From Selaginella moellendorffii (lineage: Eukaryota > Plantae > Lycopodiophyta): a DNA stretch of 64,000 nt. The translations under genes and the position numbers were made by a program. The DNA lies in the NCBI RefSeq assembly GCF_000143415.4, contig NW_003314279.1, forward strand, positions 2,007,090 through 2,071,089, written 5' to 3'. Numbering within the stretch: position 1 is the first letter of the stretch; each line of letters begins with the position of its first letter. Under the pieces are notes generated by a model. That model saw only the letters and a program-made list of their open reading frames with translations, was not told where the DNA came from and did no database searches. Below are positions 24,616 through 36,825 of the stretch, one piece after another.

Positions 24616-27600
24616 TCAAGGACGATTCCAGCAGCCGCAGCACAGCCAAGATACTAGGCTCTTTTTCGCAACCTTTGGTGATTCAGGCTCCAGAGATTCG
24701 GCAGGCTTGTCACGGGCAGCGTCGACGACACATGACATGGAAATGTCGGTGTCTGGGGCTTTCGTCTTTGGTCTACCCAAGCTTTCTTGTAGCTGCCTGA
24801 GATGGATCATGACTTCATCCAGGGTGGGACGTCTACAGGGATCCCGCACAAGAACGAAGCGAATGAACTCCACCACAGGGCCAAAGTTTCCAACTTTCTC
24901 TGCTTTTTCGTTTGTAATAAGCTCCTGGAGGTTGATAAGCTTAACCATTCAGCTTCACAAAATGCTTTTCCAGCGCTTACCTCTGAATTTGTCGTCACGC
25001 GGATAAAGAAACGCATCCAATCTTCGTCATAAAGAAGGTACTCTGCTGCTAGGAGCTCGTAGAGGAGGCACCCGAGGCCCCAAACATCCACTGCTTTTCC
25101 AACACATGTATCAAGACTAGCATCCCCTCCTGTTCGCAAAAGCTTGAGCATTTCTGGACTTTTAACGTATTCTGTTCCCCTGTTTCGAACAGTGCATTCT
25201 CCTCCCTGAAACACGGACGCCTGCAAATATAGGAAGTCAAAGAAATCAATCACATTTTGCTTTTTTGAAATATAATAAATTTTACTTTGCTCTGGCCAAA
25301 GTCTGCGAGGCACACTCTGAATGGTAAAGGATGTGAATTTTCTTCTGATGGTGGCCATGTAGGATCCCAAAACTCTTCCTCTGAAATAACAGAGTCAACA
25401 GGTTCAAGGAGAACATTGTCACACTTCAGATCATAATGAACGACGTTGTGAGCTTCAAGAACTTTCACCTGTCCCATCAAAAGTGAGCTACAAACATAAC
25501 CAAGGTAGAGCTTACCGCGTCAAGAACTGCAGCATACACCTCAAGGTAAAGCGGGAGCCGGTCGACAAAGGACTTGCCCGATTTATGCGAATGCAAGCCT
25601 CCCTGATTTAGCCTCCATGCACGAAGGCTGCACTTGTAGTGCTTCAACACGAGCACAAAAGTTTCTGATTCCAAGCCGTAGTCAAGCAACTGGCTGATTT
25701 TCGGTTCTCCCAAGAACTTCTCCAAAATCTGGACTTCCGAGTATACGTCGAAAAACTTGCAAGGTTCGTAAGGTCCTTTAGGAAGTTCCACAGTCTTCAG
25801 AACCACTAGCCTTGGCCCATCTTCCTCATTAACTGTGGCTTTGTAGATCTGTATACAGAAATACTGTTAGTCCACATATAACCATCCCGAAAGAGACCTG
25901 CGCAAATGCGCCATGAGCTATACGAATTCGATTCCTGTATAGTGACGAGTTGAAAAGTCCTCTCCAGGAAAGCCTTAAGATTCTGAAGGCAGAGTGATGA
26001 AACGCTTTCATCCTCTCCGTTAAGCAGGGAAGCAAATAAGAATTTGCTACATGATTCAGATCTGGATGCAAGTCAAGTTGAACAGTTTTCCATAGCAAAA
26101 CAGCAAGTAAATAGAAAAGGATACGATAAAACAGGAAGAATGGAGCGTTGAGTTTCTGCTTCTCAGTTTGGAACCTATCACTGTATCTCTGGTCCAAAGT
26201 CCCCCTATGAAAAAAACTCAGGACAAGCTTAGTCCAAAGCGACAAGAAGGAAACAGCACATACTGAGGTGTTAGCATCAAAGTTATGTAAAGCTCGAGTA
26301 GAAAAAGATGGAGGCTCGAGTTCCGGTAAAGTCTTCTTTGCGAGCGCTCCATTTCGTAAGGCGTGGTGAGCTTGCAGCTGCCACCTGAAGTTTGCCCGTC
26401 TCCTGCCAGAGAAACGCCCGGCGACTTGTTTCCAGGCTTGGAGACCTGAATCTCTGGCTTTGCCTCCTCGGCACTGTTTTCTTGATCGCCCTTCCTAGCA
26501 GATCTTGGAAGATTCAGCTTCGGTATGAACGGTCGAAACGATGCCTTGCCACCCTCGTTTGCTAAGCTTCCAATGGAATCATCCTCAGAGTGAGTGAGAG
26601 ACTCTGAATCGCTGCTGTCGTTGTCACTGTTTGGTCGATCCTGTCCATCTTCTTCTGCAAGTTCTCGCTCCACCTCTTCGTTCAGATCGAAAAACTTCCC
26701 AGTGTAGACCACTTTCTCAGGAGCAAAATCGCCTTCAATATCCTCTGCTAGATTGTTCTCGTCAACTGTCACTGGAAATGCGACCTTTTCACTCGCTTGC
26801 TCGTGGACAGGATGCATTGGAACCGCAGGCTTCATAACCTCTTGCCACTTCTGTAGAAATTCGTGCCTGCCGGTGAAGGGTCTGCTTAGCAAGTAGCTCT
26901 CGCACGATGATGACTGTACCGCGCTCAGAGTTCGAGCTGACAGGAACCCGAGCTCCAGCTTTGGCATGTCTTTGGACAAGGACTTCTCCAACTTCTTATG
27001 CACAAGGCAGGACTTGTTCGAGCCTTCTAACTCTGGCGAAAGTAAGCAAAGTCCTTTTTTCAAGCCTGCCACTGATGGTGTTGTGACGTCGCTTGATACA
27101 CTTGACTCCATGCTCGGATGGCTGGTTTCGGACGTACGTGCGCTAGGATCTCCAACATTCTTAGTGCGAAACGAACTCGCCGAGCTCCTTAGCTGCGATG
27201 CCAATGCCTTGTTTATCCTGACTACGTCCCTCGGAGTCGCTACTTGAGAGGCCTCGTACTCCAGGGCAATCTGGTGAACCAGGAAATCCATCACTCTGAG
27301 CTGCTTAAACCTCAGAGTCACGTCGTCACTTTGATTTTGCGCCAATGCCAGCAGCACTTGTACGTGTACCGCACACTCAAGTGAGAGCTGCTCGTCTCTA
27401 ACTTCCGCCTCAGAACAGGGAGCTTCATTATCCGAGCACCAGGCTAAAGTGCAGCTGTTCTCGCTCACTTTCTCGAGAGTTGGCTCGGCAAGTTTCAGTT
27501 TCCGTCCTTGCAGCAAGTTGACGTAGTAGAGATGTATAAGCCGAAGGAAATGGAAATCCAGGAAGGGATAAGCATAAGCCTTCCCTAGAAATGGATTTCT

Positions 27601-30600
27601 TGCAGCCGTTCTTCCCAAAAGCGATTGGCTGAGCGTCGTGCGATGCCTTTGGCCATGGAAGCTCAGCCCGAAGATACTAGCCAAAAGCTGAAGACTGGCT
27701 ATCTCTAAGTTCGTGGCTGCAAGGTAGGAGAGGTTGTACGAAACACTTGCCGGACCGGATACTTGGCCACCTTCTACCGCATTACCGCCAAATCTCTCAG
27801 TTCCCCGCTGCTGCCTGTTGGTTGATTCTTGAGGTGATGCAGGTACAGGATGAGGAACTCTCCCTGAGATACCTTGCCTCTGTGTGCAGAAAGGTATCAA
27901 GTTCCGCAAATCTTCTCTGACGTGCTTCAAATGGAAGAAAGCAGCTTCATAGTCTTTCTGAGGGATCATCTTCTTTTTGCTGAAACCATCGCCCTTGAGC
28001 AGCTTCATCAGCAGTCCTGTAACAGGATTCATCAAAAACTCCAGCAGTATTCGAGTTTTTCCCGGCAAAAGCAAGTTCTTCTCTCTGTCTGCCTTCCTCT
28101 GGATGAGCCCGATAGTTAGCCGAAGAAACGAGACGAGGTTTATAACCGGAATCTCCTCGCACTGCATACTTGGCAACCACCTCGGTAGCCAGCTTGAGAA
28201 AAGATCACCTGTGGGGTCTGATAAATCGCGAAACTCCAAAGGCTCCCAAACACTCCACAAAGACTCCTCCAGAAGATCCCAAGTGCAGTCATGGCAGGCG
28301 TCCACAACGACCCACTGTGAATAGCGTCGAATGAACTCCCAGTTCTTGTCGATCAGCGTGTTCCACAGGAGATTATCCAGTTCCCTTTGCCTACAGTGCG
28401 AATTCTGCATGCATATAGCGAATAGCCGTAGAATGTTTTGCATAACTAGGAGCTCTCCGCCACCCCACGAAGCTGGACCTTCGGAAGAAGAAAGCAAGTG
28501 TAAAACTGCACCCACCTCTGCTCCGCAACGCTGAAATACTAGCAGTGCACCACCTTCCTCTGGCCATTTGCAAGCAAAGGAGCTTAGAACCTGCAGGAGT
28601 GATCCGAGCGCGACCCACACTTCCCAGAGCGACACCATCTGTTCTGTCTGCTTCCCATCGTTTTCCATGACCCTGGCTTTGTGGTCTGACAAAGTGGCCT
28701 TGATCCTCGACTGAATCTCCGAAAGCATCAAAACTGGATATCTGCTACCTTGAGACTTGTGCTCATCGGACTCGTCGAGTACGTGGATAATCTGAAAGAT
28801 ATGCTCGTGTGCCTTCTCCGGAGAGCCATCACAAACTGTCCGCACCAATTCTTCGACAAACGAGCTAATCAGTAGCAGCTTACGTGGTCCTTTGAACTCT
28901 TGTACAAGCTTTCGTCTTGTCTGTGCTAAAGAAGAGCTTCTGTTGGTAAGCATCACAGCCGCTGCAGATAGAAGATGACATATGACAGCTGATGCCTTAG
29001 TCGAGTTGGATGAGACCTCCTTTGTACCACCCCGAGGGAGCATTAGCCTGAAAGCTCTACTTGCCTTCAAACTGGTCTTTTTTCCACCTGATCTGCCGCC
29101 ATTCGGAAGTGGGAATCCTTTTACGGTTGAAACAGCTCCTACTCTCTTTAATACCAGCTTCAGTAGCACCTTGGCAAATCCACTTGACTGGCAAGAGCTT
29201 TTAAAAGTAGCTACTTGTTGTCCTTGAAGAATTGCGTTTATCCCGCTTGACGAAAACGGACAGAATGCCACAGTGGCTGAATGATCTTCATCGCTTGCAT
29301 CCGGAGCAGCACCGACAACAGGATAAGAATGCATCACTCTATCTTGCTCCAGAACCTCTCCTGGAAGATCACCGCAAGGAGAGACTTCCCCGCGACTTCC
29401 TTCGAAGTAGTAAACTTGAATGAGGTCGATAACAGCATCCACTGCTGTCCCAGCTATCAGATCAGCAAAAACAGCTGCAGCGATAGAGGATCCATGAACA
29501 ATAGCGGATAGCATGTTGCTGAGATGCACCATTTTCTCAAGGTTTTCCACTTCCCTGCTACTATCCTGTCCTTCCTTCCCCTCTACATGAATAGAAAACA
29601 TTTCCTGGTCACTGTTCTTACCTGCACTGCTATGTCTACACACCGAGTCTAGAATGCTGCTAACTGCGTCCTCCAAATGCGTGAGGAGAAAAGCACCTAT
29701 ACTGCTACTAGCTTCACCTGGAATAACCTCTATAACCTTTAAAAACGCTTCTACCACCTTGCTCGCACCTCTTCCCCCTGAGTCGACAACTAGCAATGCC
29801 TCTTCTAACAGTCTCTCTAAAAACCTTCTGTCTAGCCATTCTAAAAGCCTCAGCCATCCGTTGTTCTGCACACTAAACGAGCCACAGCACTTGGACGAAG
29901 CGTAAACCCCGTCAGAACCTGTCTCGTGGAAAGTATTCCAGTTGATTGCCGTGTCCCGAGCACTTGGCACAATGCCTCTAACGCTTTGTCCAATAACGTT
30001 TTCGGCGCCATTTTCATGCATTCCACCCAGCAGAAACTCCACCAGAGCTGCTAGGCCTTGGCGTCTTTCTTTGATGCTGGAAACCTGTAGCTTTGACAGT
30101 GCCGACTGCTCTTCCTTTGAAAGACGAGCACTAGGAAACATGCCACTCGACTTACACTCGAACAGTGTCATCCCCGAAATGAAAAAGATGAACTTCACCT
30201 TGTGTCCAGCTTCTTTCCAAGAGTTAACGAGGCAGTCAAGAAACCCGCGAACTGCAACGCCACCTACAAAACCTTCCTTTTCCACGTAAAAGTTGTTGAA
30301 GACAATGGCACCAAGAGTACCGATCCGCCGTGCATCCTGTTCCATTGAAACACTGTCCCATAGCTCCCACTCGTGCACCTGAAAAGCCTTCTCTGAATAA
30401 AAACTGACACCCAAACTCTCGCGTGACGTATCCGCCGAGAACCTGCCCTTACCGATTTTCAGCTTCCCCTCCGAGCAATCGAACCTCATAATAGTCCATC
30501 TCAAGTCCCGGGTCATCACTAGCAAATCCACACCTTCAAACGTCAACACAAATGGAAAATGGGCCAGCCAGCACGAAAAGTCCAAGTGCCGAAATCCGAC

Positions 30601-31496
30601 ATCCGCAAAGTTTGTGCTGTCCACCAGTTGTCTCAGAACTATCTGAAACTCCGCTAAAGCTCCTCCAGGCTCGACCATGCACAAGAGCTGATGGAACGCT
30701 GTAGCAGGCATGATGAGCAACCACTTGACGAACAGACTATGAGCTTCGGTGCCACCGCCATTCTCTCGCAACTCAAACCTGGACTTCCTGTAGGCGGACA
30801 GAACAACAAAAGTCCCGGCCAAGATCGTCAAGTAGCTCGCTGTTACTGCTCGGAACCTGTATGCCAGCTTCACCTGGCTTGTAAAAAACTCCTCACCACT
30901 GCTTGGAACGATCCCTCTAGTCAGCCTGTCATCACTGATCTCAACCCAAAGACAACAGGACGCGGGGCCAGAGACTTTGAGCCACTTCTCAATCCCTTCC
31001 TTGGAGCCGACCAAAACTCTAACCAAAACTGGCTCTTTGGAAACCCGTGCCTCGCTAAAGAATTCCCTGATCCTGCTCTTGTTTCGAAACAAGCAAGCCT
31101 GAAGAGCGCTTTCCTCCCTCTCCGGAAAAATGATCCCTTCCGAGAGACCGGGAATGGCATCGCTACCACCCGCAGAGAAAGCCAGCCATGGCTCCACCAT
31201 GGCTTTCCTGCGCCGCCAGTCACAACCTGCTCAGTAGCTGCCAAGACCAAAACCTGTTCTTCGATCGAATGCCGGGAGCCCAGGAATCCAACACTAGGAA
31301 ACTAAAGCCTGGCAAGAACATCGTCATGTAGCGGCCCGATATCCTCATCCAACGCGGCTGGAGCAAACGAAAACAGATTTCAGCTTGTGGCAGCTTCCAA
31401 TCCAGCATTTTCAATCGAGAGGCGAGCCCATACCTCAATGCCGATGAAATCCTGCCTTCTCCGCGGCATCCAGTCGCCCCGCCGCCGCAGTCCCAT
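24616..31496 (-). CDS. Very large (about 2100 aa) Ser/Thr protein kinase with C-terminal catalytic domain
   Basis: About 5-kb open exon 26218-31200, then kinase exons RIAHGAFAQV, VVLKTV, SEVQILE, VVHYDLKCDNVLL, LADFG, GTEYVKSPEML, DVWGLGCLLYELL, DPCRRPT; start and extreme 3' end uncertain. Confidence 0.85.
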
Positions 31497-31700
31497 GGGG
31501 ATCGCTCGCAATCCTGCCTCTTTGCAACAAACCCTAGAATCGCCAGGCGAATCGAGGCCGTCCGTTTGAAGATAGCGGGAATTTCAAAGGCACGGGATTT
31601 AAGCAGTTAGCTGGTGCCATGTGTATACTTCCCGCGATTTTTCTTTTCTTTCTGCCGGTGTTCTTCATCTAGGCCATGCCCTGTCAAAGTTTCCACATCG

Positions 31701-32916
31701 ATGGCGCTAGGGTTAGGGGTTCAAGCGATCTCGATTGCTTCTACGTCGCTGGTGGAGGAGAAGCGAGGATCAGCGATTCCGGAGCGCCAGTGCGAGCGCG
31801 TAGCATTCGCGAGAAGAATCTCTCCGCATGAACTTTTGCAGCTATGCTCGTCAAGAGAAAGGGAGAATGCCGTGGGAGTGAGGTTTAGAAGGAGAAAGAG
31901 AAATGTGATTGCCGCGGGAGCGCCAGCGCCTCCGCCTCCATCGCAGGTATGTTTGAATTCCTTTACTTTTTCCAGACTATAGATTTTGACTTGCATAAGT
32001 CATCAGATAGATCGGCCTTTGGTGGGTAGCATGGCACCAAACTTTGAAGCCGAGGCTGTCCATCACCAAGAGTTTATCAAGGTACAAAAATCTCTACATG
32101 TTTTCCAAAAACTCGATTTGAGTTTGTTCTTGGCAGGTCAAGCTTTCCAATTACATTGGAAAGAAGTTCGTTGTTCTTTTCTTCTACCCCCTCAATTTCA
32201 CCTTCGTTTGCCCGACAGGTATCTTGCTTTTTCTTTGAAACTTTGTTTCATTCTCTGCGTGTGTGTTTTCAACAGAGCTAACAGCGTTCAGCGATCGGTA
32301 CGGTGAGTTTCAAAAGCTCGACACTGAGGTGCTCGCAGTATCATCCGACAGTGTAGTAAGCTCAAAATCCATTATCACTGGTTCTGTCCTTGACATTTTC
32401 CTTCCAGTTCTCTCACCTAGCGTGGATCCAAACTGACCGGAAGTCTGGGGGACTTGGGGAACTCAATTACCCAGTTGTTTCGGATCTGACCAAGGCAATC
32501 ACCAAAGCCTATCGCGTGTTGCTACCCGACCAGGTCTTTCTATTCACTCACCGATCACACACATAGAACATAAGAGGCAAGGCAAGAACACATTTTTAAG
32601 TCTCTCGCAACTACAGATGGCCTTAACCTTTGCATAAAAACCACAGGGTATTTCCTTGAGAGGATTGTTTATAATCGACAAGGAAGGCATCGTTCAGCAT
32701 GCTACAATCAACAATCTTGCTGTTGGACGCAACGTTGACGAGGCCCTCAGGCTTGTCCAGGTAACTTCACTCGTTCTATATGTTTCACGTCGACAAAATC
32801 GTTTCTTTTAGGCCGTCCAATACGTGAAAGTGCATCCGGACGAGCTATGTCCAGCGGGCTGGCAGCCTGGGGAGCACGGGATTAAACCAGATCCAAAGCA
32901 CTTTGCTGCTGTCTAA
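31701..32916 (+). CDS. Plastid-type 2-Cys peroxiredoxin (BAS1-like), multi-exon
   Basis: Transit-peptide-like N-terminus; [62 protein letters not shown]. Confidence 0.93.
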
Positions 32917-33898
32917 AGCCGGGTTTCTTTCTTCCTTTTGGCTCTCGCAACACCAGGTAATACGCTCTCATCTCACATGAAAAGCTTTACAGCAAAAGCT
33001 CTGCAGATTTGTCGTGCGTGCCGTGCTGAATAGAAAAGCATCAAGTGGAGAAGGCTCACGTTGCAAAAGTTGGAAAGGCTGCTGGATGCGATAGTACGTC
33101 TTTTTTTCTCCTCCTGCATTCTTTTTGTTCCAAGTTTTTGTCGGAGTGAGGAGCTTCCCTTTGTTCTTTCTATGAGAGAGAAATTGTGCAAGCAAAGAAA
33201 TCCAAGAGAATGATCAAAAGTTAGCATTAAAAGCAATGGAATCCAGAATGGCATTGGCAAGCTGGCCTGGGCATCTTCTTAATTGTTCGTCACCCTGTAG
33301 GGAATCGAACCTGGGTGGAGGCATTTAAAAGCCCCCATGGGTAGGGCAAAGAAATTTTAATACGGGGCAATTTTTTTTGTTACTGGCAGAGAGGGGAGGG
33401 GACGATAGCTGCGCTCGCGCTGCGAATGGAGGCGCTGGCTCTCGCATCATCCACATCGCCGCTGTGGATCTTCTCCATTTCCTCCTCGTCCTCGCCGCTG
33501 GCTATGCCGTTGTGGAGGAGCGCGCCGCCGATGTTGCTGCTGCCGTTGCTGGACGGGTTCTTTGGCGCCAGGAGCGCGGCGATTAGGTCAAGCGGGCGTG
33601 CGTGAGGGAGGATTCGCGCAATGCACAAGAGGTACACACAGATGGGCCGGGAGCAAATGCTGCTGCCCAATTTATTATAGTTACCACAGGGGGAAAGAGA
33701 GGAAGAGATTGTAGTTTATCATAGGCTATAGTTCCTTGATTTTTTCTTCATTCTGGTAGAGGATTCTGGTAGAGGCAGCGGCGGGGTTAATCCGGGCTAT
33801 AGTTTCTAATGGGTTAGGCCTGGGAAGAAAGAAAAAAAAACAAAGAGACAAGGGGAGATAGCGAGAAAAACTGGGTGTTAGATGATGGAGATAGGAGC

Positions 33899-34967
33899 AT
33901 GCAGGAGGTGCACGGGAGCATTGTGACACCAACACTGGTTTTGTCGCTGCTGGATTTGGATCCGAGCAGCAAGAACAGGTTGGAGGGGTGGCACTCTCCC
34001 GAGAGGCCCGACGAAGACGACGAGCTCGACTCACACGAAGACGAAGAAGAAGAAGAAGAAGAAGAAGAAGTGGACGAAGGATTGGGAGTTTTGGTAGCGA
34101 ACACAAAGTGTGTGCTCGCTGGCTTCCAAAAGGAGACGTGGGTGCTCCCACTTGCTGGGCTCTTGTTGCTGCTGGGGTGCCGGGGACGAGACGACACCCA
34201 TCGCTACGAGCTCCAGCAATCCGTCGTCCGCCAAGGTGGAAAATCCCGCGGGCCGTGGAGGTGGCGGCGGTGGCGGCAGCAGCAGCAGCAGCAGCAGCAG
34301 GACGGGGGAGTCGCCTATGCCGCCGTCGGCGCAGCCATCGTCCATGCCACCTCCGATTCCAGTTCCAGCGTTCCTCAGCAGCGACGAGCCCGTGCACCCG
34401 ACCAATGGCGAGCGGAACTCGTCGGCGGCGTCGTCCGAGAGTGGGAAGAGTGCTGGCGGGGACGCTGCCGGAGGAGGAGGAGAAGGCGAAGTGAAGAAGG
34501 AGGTGGCGCGGCTGCCCGAAGTGAAACCGGGGCCGGGAGGAATCCGGAGGAAGAGATCAGGTGTTTTGGCCAAGAGGAAGATTACGTGGGTGGATGATCA
34601 CGGAGTGGACATAGCTCAAATCAAGGAGTTCGAGCCCAGGTACAACTCTTCCTTTTTCTTGTTTTTTTCTTCCCATTTTCTCTCTTTTTTTTGCTGCGAT
34701 TCTTTTGGTGGTTGTTCTTGTTTGACTCTTACTCTCTGCGTCAAGATTCCGTCAGCTTTAGTGGGCTGGTCTGGACGTGCGTGTTTTGACTCGGGCATTT
34801 TTCCTTTTCCGTTCTCCACTGTTCTTGCTCTTTTACCTTTTATCCGTTCCCAGCTTTTTGGGTGTTCTCGTTGGTGTTCTTAGAAGTTTTAGTGCAGTGA
34901 CTCCGAGGACTCCGATGAAGAGGGCGATGACGAATCCCCCCAGTCGTGCTCCTGCGTTATACAATAG
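33899..34967 (+). CDS. Small plant protein with an RVxF-type motif and C-terminal CaaX box; 5' structure uncertain
   Basis: LASKRRRGCSHLLGSCCCWG..KRKITWVDDHGVDIAQIKEFEP, intron about 34640-34897, last exon SDSEDSDEEGDDESPQSCSCVIQ*; the upstream ATG (33899) is in a different frame from the conserved part. Confidence 0.7.
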
Positions 34968-35274
34968 CATCGAATTTTCGCTGGAGCGATTGACACCAAG
35001 AACAAGAGAGCTAAACCTTGTTTCTGGGACTGGAAGAGGAACAAGAGGATCAAAGCCACCGGGACGGTCGCTCTGTATATTGGCTGTATTTCTACTGGCG
35101 CACCCGTCCGGGCTCACTACTTAGCATTGTCTTCGCATTCCTCAAAACGCTGAGAAATTTTTTTGTACGGTCTTGTAATGTTCGTACGGTACCTTGCAAA
35201 CCCTAAAACATCAAATTTAAATGGGCCCAGTGTCCTTAATTGCCGCCGACAACGTCCTCTCGTTCTAGAGAGCT

Positions 35275-36753
35275 ATGGCTGCTGCTACTCTGGCGCACAT
35301 CGTCGCAGTGCCCATTCTGCTCCAGGGCCACATCGCGCCCATGCTCCACCTCGCCCACGCCATCGCTCGCACCGGCAGGGCGATCGTGTCGTTCATCACC
35401 ACGGAATCTCACGCGCGGGCGCTCGCCGGATCCAAGCACTCGTGGTACTGGCAGGGGATTGACGAGTCGCGGCTGCGATTCCTGGGATTACCCGACTCGA
35501 GCGCTCGCAGTGGGCAGGGCGAGTGGATCGACGAGCAGGGACGCTGGCGGGGCGGCATGGACGCATTCGCTGGCGCGATAACGGGGCATATGGCAATGGA
35601 GGCGGCCCTGGCGGCGACGATCGAGGGCTTGGAATCAGTCGATTGCTTCATCTCGGATTCTCTCTCCCCGGTGCTCGATCCAATCGCTTCCAAGCTCGGG
35701 ATTCCTTTGGCGGCGCTCTGGACTGGGTCAGCATCACTGTTCGCCTTGTATCTCGACATCCACGACAATGGGTATATTCCAGTGCAAGGTAGAGAATCGT
35801 TTTGAACTTAAAAACTGTTTCAAAGAGTTGTTCTAGGCGGGAAATCGAGCGAGCGGGTGATAAGAGGAGTTCCAGGAATTGGGGAGCTGCAAGTCACTGA
35901 TCTTCCAACTACTCTCTACACGGATCAAATCGATCCGGGATACCAGAGAGCCTACATCGGGATGGCCAGGCTCAGGGAGGTCCAATTCGCAGTAGTGAAT
36001 GCTTGCGAGGGGCTAGAGGGCGAGGTGTTGGCGGAGATCAGGAAGAGTCACCCAAATCTCCTTCCAGTCGGGCCTCTCGTCAAGATCCCTGGCGACGCTG
36101 ATGACAATCACGGCCCCTTGAACAGCTCGAATGTAGGGCTGTGGGACGAGAATCACGACTGCATTACCTGGCTGGATTCCAGAGCACAGCGCTCGGTCAT
36201 CTACATCTCATTCGGGAGCATGAGCGACTTTCGATTCGAGGAGATCGAGAGCATCGGGCAGGGGATTGCAGCCACCGGGCGATCGTTCCTGTGGGTTCTT
36301 CGCGAGGAGCTCGTGAGGGACATGCCGGAGGATTTCGTCAAGATGTTTGCGAGAAGGACGAAGGAACAGGGGATGGTCATCCCGTGGTCACCGCAATCCC
36401 AGGTTCTAAACCACAAGGCCGTGGGAGGATTCTTCACCCATTGCGGCTGGAGTTCGTGCATGGAAGCCATCCTCGCTGGAGTTCCCATGCTTGCGCTGCC
36501 CCGGTTTGTGGATCAAACGTTCAATGCCAAGGTGGTTTGCGACGATTGGGAGGTGGGACTGCGGATGATCCCAAAGGGCGATGTTGATGGAGTCGTGAGT
36601 AGGGAGCGCGTGGAAGTGGGGATCAATGCGCTGGTGGAGAAAGGTGGCGAGCTGAGGAGCCGCGCGATGGAGTTGCGCAAGAAGGTCGGAGCTGGATCAC
36701 GCGAATCTATCGAGGGGTTCATCGACTCGATTCTGGAAAGGAGGAAGGACTGA
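35275..36753 (+). CDS. Family-1 UDP-glycosyltransferase with one 48-nt intron (35789-35836)
   Basis: HIVAVPILLQGHIAPMLHLA (catalytic His); PSPG box WSPQSQVLNHKAVGGFFTHCGWSSCMEAILAGVPMLALPRFVDQ; splicing restores the frame. Confidence 0.95.
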
Positions 36754-36825
36754 CAGTTTGTTTGGTATCAAAGCAAACTAATCCTCGAGTGGGAGTGTGC
36801 CACAAATCAAAATGGTATCGATCAA

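Noticed and set aside
33285-33350. tRNA gene or tRNA-derived SINE on the minus strand
   Set aside because: A B-box is present, but the T-stem is broken, there is no D arm or A-box, and no tail or TSD
36763-36774. PBS-like TGGTATCAAAGC between the UGT and the PPR gene
   Set aside because: No adjacent LTR end; a one-mismatch 12-mer is plausible by chance in 64 kb
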